A stretch of 64,000 nucleotides of DNA, from NCBI GenBank assembly GCA_032718475.1, contig JAUCBJ010008128.1, positions 1-64,000 on the forward strand, given 5' to 3'. A model generated the notes under the pieces. It saw nothing but the letters and a program-made list of their open reading frames with translations, did not search any database and had not been told where the DNA came from. This DNA is from Nemertoderma westbladi. Taxonomy: Eukaryota; Animalia; Xenacoelomorpha. This document shows positions 50,010 through 61,700 of the stretch, piece by piece. The stretch's first letter is position 1; each line of letters starts with the position of its first letter. The position numbers were made by a program, and so were the translations under genes.

Positions 50010-50199
50010 GAATAAAATTTCGTATTACATGGGAAAAAAACGTAGAACATTTTTTTCAATAATATTCTCTCGACCCTTTATAAACCCTTTCTGGCACTCG
50101 GTAAATAAAATGCATCGAGAATAATGAAAAAAGATCTACTTTTTCCCCAACTAATAAATAATCAGTAAAATCAGTAAATCAGTAAATATTTTGGAGCGC

Positions 50200-50308
50200 A
50201 GGACAATTCGGTCCGGACAATTCGGTCCCGGATAATCGGACAATTCAGTCTCGGACAATTCAGTCCCATTAATTTTGTATTTTGGGACCGAATTGTCCGG
50301 GACCGAAT
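50200..50308. repeat. Small foldback of GGACAATTCGGTCC(C) units (DNA transposon terminus-like remnant)
   Basis: Four direct copies followed by inverted GGGACCGAATTGTCC copies. Confidence 0.6.
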
Positions 50309-50843
50309 TTAATTGGTACTACTGTACTATAGGCCTATAATGGTGAATGTTCTAGAACCTTAATAGATATTATTATATGGTAGCTAGTGTTTTTTTTGAA
50401 AATAAAAAAATTTCACTTTTTTTGTTAACATTATTATTTATGGTAGCTATTATGGTGTTTTTATGGAGGTTGTGAATTATTTACTAGCTAGTCTAGTAAT
50501 AGTATGTATTTAAAATGTTTAAAACTGATTTCTTTGTGTGTGTTATGAACTGTATGTGTTGTTGGTTGGTTAACAAGCCTAAATTATTATCCTAAATAAT
50601 TTAATCCAAAATTGCAACCCCGATCCCGAAAACGGGAACCCGGATTTCCTCTACATTTTGAATTTTTTTACATTTTCTACATCTTTCTACATTTTGGTGC
50701 AGACTTAGTACCTACAGTAGTGAGACAATTTTGTAATGAAACTCATAAAACCGCTGAATATTTTACTCCATTGTCTGGTTGCCCCCCCCCCCCCTCTCCC
50801 ATTCTCCCACACTTGTCAATACCGTGTCATTAAATTTTTTTAG

Positions 50844-52718
50844 GTGGAAATAGTAAAGAATGCGAATGTACCACCGAGAATATGGACAACAAAATGTAAA
50901 CGTAAACGTAATAAATTCCAATGTTCCCTATGTAAAAGAAAAATGCAGGACCTTCCCAGACACCTACGTTTAACTCATAATATCATTGCAAAGAACACTG
51001 TTAATTATCAAGTCGCTGTATCCCGATTGATGTCTTCTAGTAAAAAAATTAAGCGCCGGGTTTCTAAATGTGCCGTGGCAGGTTGCAACGCATATGTTAG
51101 GCGCTTAGCTTCCCACTTAACCCGACAGCACGGATTACCTCGGTATCTAGATGGGTTAACGACTTCACCCAAAAAAAACCCAGAACGCTTAAAATATCTG
51201 AGACACCCCGACAGATATAATTTCCCCGTGATGAAATGTCCGGTCAAGGTTGAGAAAGATATACCATTGCTTAATCAATTCCAAGACTTTCTGTGCTGCC
51301 CAATCTCACCTGTGCGTCAAAGTAATTTGCGTATGATGACGTTATTGTCTGTCAAGAAGTTTTTCACTTTGATGTGGGATGCGAAACCTATCTCCTCAGA
51401 TAAATTACGTATAACAGAAATGTTTGATACCGTCTATATATTCAAGGCCTACGAAGCCCTTACGAAAGAAATAGTACGAGGAGGTAAAATTCGACAACCT
51501 ACTACTATCCACGCTTATTTGCAGCGAATGTTAATATTCTACGACTTTGCCCTTGTTGACCCCAAAATGAAGTGTTTGATCGATCGCGCTGATATTCATG
51601 CAGCGGCAGCATGTATAAATCAGATAATGAAACACTGTAAACCAGATGTAAAGAAGCGGTTATTTGCAGTCCAAAAAGAAGCGTGTGAGAAAATGCCAGA
51701 CGCTGAAGAATTGCTTAGTTATCAAAAGGCACCATTTGCTTGTGACATTAAACGCGCTATAAAGCAATTACAAGATGGAAACTGGGATGATAATATTAAA
51801 TTGTGGCATATGCAGTCCTTTTTAATGTCAGTGATTGTTTACTGCAACGGATCCAGAGCCACAGCAGCCACAAATATGACTCTGAACGAATTTAGCAAAG
51901 CCACACCTTTAGATAATGATCCTGAAAAATTAACTATAACTGTTGACAGTCACAAAACTTGTAAATATATCGGTCCACAATACGTTGTAGTAAGCACAGA
52001 AATATTCAATCTTTTGAATCTCTGGGTAGAATGTGGCAGAGCGTTGTATTCCTTTCCATGCCAGTTGGAAAACGTATTTCTTTCCCAGAGCGGAGCGTGT
52101 TATATAAGTGTCACTCAACGACTACAATCTCTATGGAAATTAATTTTTCCACATTCTCATGCCAAAGCTGGTGCCACATCACTGCGGCATTCTGTTAGTT
52201 ATTGTAATCAGCGGTTCCCTGGTACTGAAGACAGTATAGAAAACGTATGTAAATCTATGGCACATTCACGACATACGCAAAAGAAAACCTATGACGCTGT
52301 TCTACGTCCCAGCAACGCCGGTCAAGCCTATAGACGTATTTTATGTGCTGCGCAATATGTTGCTGCGGACAAAGTTTCTCATGGGGATTATAATACCGAA
52401 CGTCAATATCGCAATGGACCTGGGGATGATAATAGTGAACTTCAATATCGCAATGAACCTGGGGATGATAATAGTGAACGTGACAATCAGGTTAAAATTT
52501 GGTCCGGTAAAAGGCGCAAGGTCTCTTGGACTGTGCAGGAGAACTGCACTCTGCGAGCCTTTTTCTCTGAAGAACTTAATGGCCGCCGAATAAACAGTGC
52601 AAAACGAGAGGAAGTCGCCCGTTTAATACCCACTAAGACTTTGCCTGAAATAATGCGCCGGATTATGGTAATGAAAAGACAATTAAAAAATAATCCGGAA
52701 CGGTTTACTTGTAATTAG
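50844..52718 (+). CDS. Tyrosine recombinase with two N-terminal C2H2 fingers and a C-terminal Myb/SANT-like motif (terminal exon)
   Basis: CSLC...HLRLTH, CAVAGC...HLTRQH; catalytic pattern NGSR, HKT, TSLRH, MAHS...TY; KRRKVSWTVQEN...; begins at a TTTTTTTAG acceptor rather than an ATG. Confidence 0.82.
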   Translation: MEIVKNANVPPRIWTTKCKRKRNKFQCSLCKRKMQDLPRHLRLTHNIIAKNTVNYQVAVSRLMSSSKKIKRRVSKCAVAGCNAYVRRLASHLTRQHGLPRYLDGLTTSPKKNPERLKYLRHPDRYNFPVMKCPVKVEKDIPLLNQFQDFLCCPISPVRQSNLRMMTLLSVKKFFTLMWDAKPISSDKLRITEMFDTVYIFKAYEALTKEIVRGGKIRQPTTIHAYLQRMLIFYDFALVDPKMKCLIDRADIHAAAACINQIMKHCKPDVKKRLFAVQKEACEKMPDAEELLSYQKAPFACDIKRAIKQLQDGNWDDNIKLWHMQSFLMSVIVYCNGSRATAATNMTLNEFSKATPLDNDPEKLTITVDSHKTCKYIGPQYVVVSTEIFNLLNLWVECGRALYSFPCQLENVFLSQSGACYISVTQRLQSLWKLIFPHSHAKAGATSLRHSVSYCNQRFPGTEDSIENVCKSMAHSRHTQKKTYDAVLRPSNAGQAYRRILCAAQYVAADKVSHGDYNTERQYRNGPGDDNSELQYRNEPGDDNSERDNQVKIWSGKRRKVSWTVQENCTLRAFFSEELNGRRINSAKREEVARLIPTKTLPEIMRRIMVMKRQLKNNPERFTCN

Positions 52719-55700
52719 TTTTATATTTCAATCAAACTGTTTGAACTCGGAACGGATGGTTTACTTGTAATTATTTTTCATATTTCAATCAAACTGTTTG
52801 AACTCGGAACGGATGGTTTACTTGTAATTAGTTTTATATTTCAATCAAACTGTCAAACTGTTTGAACTCGGAACGGATGGTTTACTTGTAATTATTTTTT
52901 ATATTTCAATCAAACTGTTTGAACTCGGAACGGATGGTTTACTTGTAATTATTTTTTATATTTCAATCAAACTGTTTGAACTCGGAACGGATGGTTTACT
53001 TGTAATTATTTTTCATATTTCAATCAAACTGTTTGAACTCGGAACGGATGGTTTACTTGTAATTAGTTTTATATTTCAATCAAACTGTTTGAACTCGGAA
53101 CGGATGGTTTACTTGTAATTATTTTTTATATTTCAATCAAACTGTTTGAACTCGGAACGGATGGTTTACTTGTAATTATTTTTTATATTTCAATCAATCT
53201 GTTTGAACTCGGAACGGATGGTTTACTTGTAATTATTTTTCATATTTCAATCAAACTGTTTGAACTCGGAACGGATGGTTTACTTGTAATTATTTTTTAT
53301 ATTTCAATCAAACTGTTTGAACTCGGAACGGATGGTTTACTTGTAATTATTTTTCATATTTCAATCAAACTGTTTGAACTCGGAACGGATGGTTTACTTG
53401 TAATTAGTTTTATATTTCAATCAAACTGTTTGAACTCGGAACGGATGGTTTACTTGTAATTATTTTTCATATTTCAATCAAACTGTTTGAACTCGGAACG
53501 GATGGTTTACTTGTAATTAGTTTTATATTTCAATCAAACTGTCAAACTGTTTGAACTCGGAACGGATGGTTTACTTGTAATTATTTTTTATATTTCAATC
53601 AAACTGTTTGAACTCGGAACGGATGGTTTACTTGTAATTATTTTTCATATTTCAATCAAACTGTTTGAACTCGGAACGGATGGTTTACTTGTAATTAGTT
53701 TTATATTTCAATCAAACTGTCAAACTGTTTGAACTCGGAACGGATGGTTTACTTGTAATTAGTTTTATATTTCAATCAAACTGTCAAACTGTTTGAACTC
53801 GGAACGGATGGTTTACTTGTAATTATTTTTTATATTTCAATCAAACTGTCAAACTGTTTGAACTCGGAACGGATGGTTTACTTGTAATTATTTTTTATAT
53901 TTCAATCAAACTGTTTGAACTCGGAACGGATGGTTTACTTGTAATTATTTTTTATATTTCAATCAAACTGTTTGAACTCGGAACGGATGGTTTACTTGTA
54001 ATTATTTTTTATATTTCAATCAAACTGTCAAACTGTTTGAACTCGGAACGGATGGTTTACTTGTAATTATTTTTTATATTTCAATCAAACTGTCAAACTG
54101 TTTGAACTCGGAACGGATGGTTTACTTGTAATTATTTTTTATATTTCAATCAAACTGTCAAACTGTTTGAACTCGGAACGGATGGTTTACTTGTAATTAT
54201 TTTTTATATTTCAATCAAACTGTTTGAACTCGGAACGGATGGTTTACTTGTAATTATTTTTTATATTTCAATCAAACTGTTTGAACTCGGAACGGATGGT
54301 TTACTTGTAATTATTTTTTATATTTCAATCAAACTGTCAAACTGTTTGAACTCGGAACGGATGGTTTACTTGTAATTATTTTTTATATTTCAATCAAACT
54401 GTTTGAACTCGGAACGGATGGTTTACTTGTAATTATTTTTTATATTTCAATCAAACTGTCAAACTGTTTGAACTCGGAACGGATGGTTTACTTGTAATTA
54501 TTTTTCATATTTCAATCAAACTGTTTGAACTCGGAACGGATGGTTTACTTGTAATTATTTTTTATATTTCAATCAAACTGTTTGAACTCGGAACGGATGG
54601 TTTACTTGTAATTATTTTTTATATTTCAATCAAACTGTCAAACTGTTTGAACTCGGAACGGATGGTTTACTTGTAATTATTTTTCATATTTCAATCAAAC
54701 TGTTTGAACTCGGAACGGATGGTTTACTTGTAATTATTTTTTATATTTCAATCAAACTGTCAAACTGTTTGAACTCGGAACGGATGGTTTACTTGTAATT
54801 ATTTTTTATATTTCAATCAAACTGTCAAACTGTTTGAACTCGGAACGGATGGTTTACTTGTAATTATTTTTTATATTTCAATCAAACTGTTTGAACTCGG
54901 AACGGATGGTTTACTTGTAATTACTTTTTATATTTCAATCAAACTGTCAAACTGTTTGAACTCGGAACGGATGGTTTACTTGTAATTATTTTTTATATTT
55001 CAATCAAACTGTTTGAACTCGGAACGGATGGTTTACTTGTAATTATTTTTTATATTTCAATCAAACTGTTTGAACTCGGAACGGATGGTTTACTTGTAAT
55101 TATTTTTTATATTTCAATCAAACTGTCAAACTGTTTGAACTCGGAACGGATGGTTTACTTGTAATTATTTTTTATATTTCAATCAAACTGTTTGAACTCG
55201 GAACGGATGGTTTACTTGTAATTATTTTTTATATTTCAATCAAACTGTCAAACTGTTTGAACTCGGAACGGATGGTTTACTTGTAATTATTTTTCATATT
55301 TCAATCAAACTGTTTGAACTCGGAACGGATGGTTTACTTGTAATTATTTTTCATATTTCAATCAAACTGTTTGAACTCGGAACGGATGGTTTACTTGTAA
55401 TTATTTTTTATATTTCAATCAAACTGTCAAACTGTTTGAACTCGGAACGGATGGTTTACTTGTAATTATTTTTCATATTTCAATCAAACTGTTTGAACTC
55501 GGAACGGATGGTTTACTTGTAATTATTTTTTATATTTCAATCAAACTGTCAAACTGTTTGAACTCGGAACGGATGGTTTACTTGTAATTATTTTTTATAT
55601 TCAATCAAACTGTCAAACTGTTTGAACTCGGAACGGATGGTTTACTTGTAATTATTTTTTATATTTCAATCAAACTGTTTGAACTCGGAACGGATGGTTT

Positions 55701-58700
55701 ACTTGTAATTATTTTTTATATTTCAATCAAACTGTTTGAACTCGGAACGGATGGTTTACTTGTAATTATTTTTTATATTTCAATCAAACTGTTTGAACTC
55801 GGAACGGATGGTTTACTTGTAATTATTTTTTATATTTCAATCAAACTGTTTGAACTCGGAACGGATGGTTTACTTGTAATTATTTTTTATATTTCAATCA
55901 AACTGTTTGAACTCGGAACGGATGGTTTACTTGTAATTACTTTTTATATTTCAATCAAACTGTCAAACTGTTTGAACTCGGAACGGATGGTTTACTTGTA
56001 ATTATTTTTTATATTTCAATCAAACTGTTTGAACTCGGAACGGATGGTTTACTTGTAATTATTTTTTATATTTCAATCAAACTGTTTGAACTCGGAACGG
56101 ATGGTTTACTTGTAATTATTTTTTATATTTCAATCAAACTGTCAAACTGTTTGAACTCGGAACGGATGGTTTACTTGTAATTATTTTTCATATTTCAATC
56201 AAACTGTTTGAACTCGGAACGGATGGTTTACTTGTAATTATTTTTTATATTTCAATCAAACTGTCAAACTGTTTGAACTCGGAACGGATGGTTTACTTGT
56301 AATTATTTTTTATATTTCAATCAAACTGTCAAACTGTTTGAACTCGGAACGGATGGTTTACTTGTAATTATTTTTTATATTTCAATCAAACTGTTTGAAC
56401 TCGGAACGGATGGTTTACTTGTAATTACTTTTTATATTTCAATCAAACTGTCAAACTGTTTGAACTCGGAACGGATGGTTTACTTGTAATTATTTTTTAT
56501 ATTTCAATCAAACTGTTTGAACTCGGAACGGATGGTTTACTTGTAATTATTTTTTATATTTCAATCAAACTGTCAAACTGTTTGAACTCGGAACGGATGG
56601 TTTACTTGTAATTATTTTTTATATTTCAATCAAACTGTTTGAACTCGGAACGGATGGTTTACTTGTAATTATTTTTTATATTTCAATCAAACTGTCAAAC
56701 TGTTTGAACTCGGAACGGATGGTTTACTTGTAATTATTTTTTATATTTCAATCAAACTGTTTGAACTCGGAACGGATGGTTTACTTGTAATTACTTTTTA
56801 TATTTCAATCAAACTGTCAAACTGTTTGAACTCGGAACGGATGGTTTACTTGTAATTATTTTTTATATTTCAATCAAACTGTTTGAACTCGGAACGGATG
56901 GTTTACTTGTAATTATTTTTTATATTTCAATCAAACTGTTTGAACTCGGAACGGATGGTTTACTTGTAATTATTTTTTATATTTCAATCAAACTGTTTGA
57001 ACTCGGAACGGATGGTTTACTTGTAATTATTTTTTATATTTCAATCAAACTGTTTGAACTCGGAACGGATGGTTTACTTGTAATTATTTTTTATATTTCA
57101 ATCAAACTGTTTGAACTCGGAACGGATGGTTTACTTGTAATTATTTTTTATATTTCAATCAAACTGTCAAACTGTTTGAACTCGGAACGGATGGTTTACT
57201 TGTAATTATTTTTTATATTTCAATCAAACTGTTTGAACTCGGAACGGATGGTTTACTTGTAATTATTTTTTATATTTCAATCAAACTGTCAAACTGTTTG
57301 AACTCGGAACGGATGGTTTACTTGTAATTATTTTTTATATTTCAATCAAACTGTTTGAACTCGGAACGGATGGTTTACTTGTAATTATTTTTTATATTTC
57401 AATCAAACTGTTTGAACTCGGAACGGATGGTTTACTTGTAATTATTTTTTATATTTCAATCAAACTGTTTGAACTCGGAACGGATGGTTTACTTGTAATT
57501 ATTTTTTATATTTCAATCAAACTGTTTGAACTCGGAACGGATGGTTTACTTGTAATTATTTTTTATATTTCAATCAAACTGTTTGAACTCGGAACGGATG
57601 GTTTACTTGTAATTATTTTTTATATTTCAATCAAACTGTTTGAACTCGGAACGGATGGTTTACTTGTAATTATTTTTTATATTTCAATCAAACTGTTTGA
57701 ACTCGGAACGGATGGTTTACTTGTAATTATTTTTTATATTTCAATCAAACTGTTTGAACTCGGAACGGATGGTTTACTTGTAATTATTTTTTATATTTCA
57801 ATCAAACTGTTTGAACTCGGAACGGATGGTTTACTTGTAATTATTTTTTATATTTCAATCAAACTGTTTGAACTCGGAACGGATGGTTTACTTGTAATTA
57901 TTTTTTATATTTCAATCAAACTGTTTGAACTCGGAACGGATGGTTTACTTGTAATTATTTTTTATATTTCAATCAAACTGTTTGAACTCGGAACGGATGG
58001 TTTACTTGTAATTATTTTTTATATTTCAATCAAACTGTCAAACTGTTTGAACTCGGAACGGATGGTTTACTTGTAATTATTTTTTATATTTCAATCAAAC
58101 TGTCAAACTGTTTGAACTCGGAACGGATGGTTTACTTGTAATTATTTTTTATATTTCAATCAAACTGTTTGAACTCGGAACGGATGGTTTACTTGTAATT
58201 ATTTTTTATATTTCAATCAAACTGTTTGAACTCGGAACGGATGGTTTACTTGTAATTATTTTTTATATTTCAATCAAACTGTTTGAACTCGGAACGGATG
58301 GTTTACTTGTAATTATTTTTTTTATTTCAATCAAACTGTTTGAACTCGGAACGGATGGTTTACTTGTAATTATTTTTTATATTTCAATCAAACTGTTTGA
58401 ACTCGGAACGGATGGTTTACTTGTAATTATTTTTTATATTTCAATCAAACTGTCAAACTGTTTGAACTCGGAACGGATGGTTTACTTGTAATTATTTTTT
58501 ATATTTCAATCAAACTGTTTGAACTCGGAACGGATGGTTTACTTGTAATTATTTTTTATATTTCAATCAAACTGTTTGAACTCGGAACGGATGGTTTACT
58601 TGTAATTATTTTTTATATTTCAATCAAACTGTCAAACTGTTTGAACTCGGAACGGATGGTTTACTTGTAATTATTTTTTTTATTTCAATCAAACTGTTTG

Positions 58701-61700
58701 AACTCGGAACGGATGGTTTACTTGTAATTATTTTTTATATTTCAATCAAACTGTTTGAACTCGGAACGGATGGTTTACTTGTAATTATTTTTTATATTTC
58801 AATCAAACTGTCAAACTGTTTGAACTCGGAACGGATGGTTTACTTGTAATTATTTTTTATATTTCAATCAAACTGTTTGAACTCGGAACGGATGGTTTAC
58901 TTGTAATTATTTTTTATATTTCAATCAAACTGTTTGAACTCGGAACGGATGGTTTACTTGTAATTATTTTTTATATTTCAATCAAACTGTTTGAACTCGG
59001 AACGGATGGTTTACTTGTAATTATTTTTTATATTTCAATCAAACTGTTTGAACTCGGAACGGATGGTTTACTTGTAATTATTTTTTATATTTCAATCAAA
59101 CTGTTTGAACTCGGAACGGATGGTTTACTTGTAATTATTTTTTATATTTCAATCAAACTGTTTGAACTCGGAACGGATGGTTTACTTGTAATTATTTTTT
59201 ATATTTCAATCAAACTGTTTGAACTCGGAACGGATGGTTTACTTGTAATTATTTTTTATATTTCAATCAATACTGTTTGAACTCGGAACGGATGGTTTAC
59301 TTGTAATTATTTTTTATATTTCAATCAAACTGTCAAACTGTTTGAACTCGGAACGGATGGTTTACTTGTAATTATTTTTTTTATTTCAATCAAACTGTTT
59401 GAACTCGGAACGGATGGTTTACTTGTAATTATTTTTTATATTTCAATCAAACTGTTTGAACTCGGAACGGATGGTTTACTTGTAATTATTTTTTATATTT
59501 CAATCAAACTGTCAAACTGTTTGAACTCGGAACGGATGGTTTACTTGTAATTATTTTTTATATTTCAATCAAACTGTTTGAACTCGGAACGGATGGTTTA
59601 CTTGTAATTATTTTTTATATTTCAATCAAACTGTTTGAACTCGGAACGGATGGTTTACTTGTAATTATTTTTTATATTTCAATCAAACTGTTTGAACTCG
59701 GAACGGATGGTTTACTTGTAATTATTTTTTATATTTCAATCAAACTGTCAAACTGTTTGAACTCGGAACGGATGGTTTACTTGTAATTATTTTTTATATT
59801 TCAATCAAACTGTTTGAACTCGGAACGGATGGTTTACTTGTAATTATTTTTTATATTTCAATCAAACTGTTTGAACTCGGAACGGATGGTTTACTTGTAA
59901 TTATTTTTTATATTTCAATCAAACTGTTTGAACTCGGAACGGATGGTTTACTTGTAATTATTTTTTATATTTCAATCAAACTGTTTGAACTCGGAACGGA
60001 TGGTTTACTTGTAATTATTTTTTATATTTCAATCAAACTGTTTGAACTCGGAACGGATGGTTTACTTGTAATTATTTTTTATATTTCAATCAAACTGTTT
60101 GAACTCGGAACGGATGGTTTACTTGTAATTATTTTTTATATTTCAATCAAACTGTTTGAACTCGGAACGGATGGTTTACTTGTAATTATTTTTTATATTT
60201 CAATCAAACTGTTTGAACTCGGAACGGATGGTTTACTTGTAATTATTTTTTATATTTCAATCAAACTGTTTGAACTCGGAACGGATGGTTTACTTGTAAT
60301 TATTTTTTATATTTCAATCAAACTGTTTGAACTCGGAACGGATGGTTTACTTGTAATTATTTTTTATATTTCAATCAAACTGTTTGAACTCGGAACGGAT
60401 GGTTTACTTGTAATTATTTTTTATATTTCAATCAAACTGTTTGAACTCGGAACGGATGGTTTACTTGTAATTATTTTTTATATTTCAATCAAACTGTTTG
60501 AACTCGGAACGGATGGTTTACTTGTAATTATTTTTTATATTTCAATCAAACTGTTTGAACTCGGAACGGATGGTTTACTTGTAATTATTTTTTATATTTC
60601 AATCAAACTGTTTGAACTCGGAACGGATGGTTTACTTGTAATTATTTTTTATATTTCAATCAAACTGTTTGAACTCGGAACGGATGGTTTACTTGTAATT
60701 ATTTTTTTTATTTCAATCAAACTGTTTGAACTCGGAACGGATGGTTTACTTGTAATTATTTTTTATATTTCAATCAAACTGTTTGAACTCGGAACGGATG
60801 GTTTACTTGTAATTATTTTTTATATTTCAATCAAACTGTCAAACTGTTTGAACTCGGAACGGATGGTTTACTTGTAATTATTTTTTATATTTCAATCAAA
60901 CTGTTTGAACTCGGAACGGATGGTTTACTTGTAATTATTTTTTATATTTCAATCAAACTGTTTGAACTCGGAACGGATGGTTTACTTGTAATTATTTTTT
61001 ATATTTCAATCAAACTGTTTGAACTCGGAACGGATGGTTTACTTGTAATTATTTTTTATATTTCAATCAAACTGTCAAACTGTTTGAACTCGGAACGGAT
61101 GGTTTACTTGTAATTATTTTTTATATTTCAATCAAACTGTTTGAACTCGGAACGGATGGTTTACTTGTAATTATTTTTTATATTTCAATCAAACTGTTTG
61201 AACTCGGAACGGATGGTTTACTTGTAATTATTTTTTATATTTCAATCAAACTGTTTGAACTCGGAACGGATGGTTTACTTGTAATTATTTTTTATATTTC
61301 AATCAAACTGTTTGAACTCGGAACGGATGGTTTACTTGTAATTATTTTTTATATTTCAATCAAACTGTTTGAACTCGGAACGGATGGTTTACTTGTAATT
61401 ATTTTTTATATTTCAATCAAACTGTTTGAACTCGGAACGGATGGTTTACTTGTAATTATTTTTTATATTTCAATCAAACTGTTTGAACTCGGAACGGATG
61501 GTTTACTTGTAATTATTTTTTATATTTCAATCAAACTGTTTGAACTCGGAACGGATGGTTTACTTGTAATTATTTTTTATATTTCAATCAAACTGTTTGA
61601 ACTCGGAACGGATGGTTTACTTGTAATTATTTTTTATATTTCAATCAATCTGTTTGAACTCGGAACGGATGGTTTACTTGTAATTATTTTTTATATTTCA

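Noticed and set aside
50844-52718. YR as part of a DIRS/Ngaro retrotransposon
   Set aside because: No linked RT/RNase H or split/inverted terminal repeats, and the gene appears to have introns.
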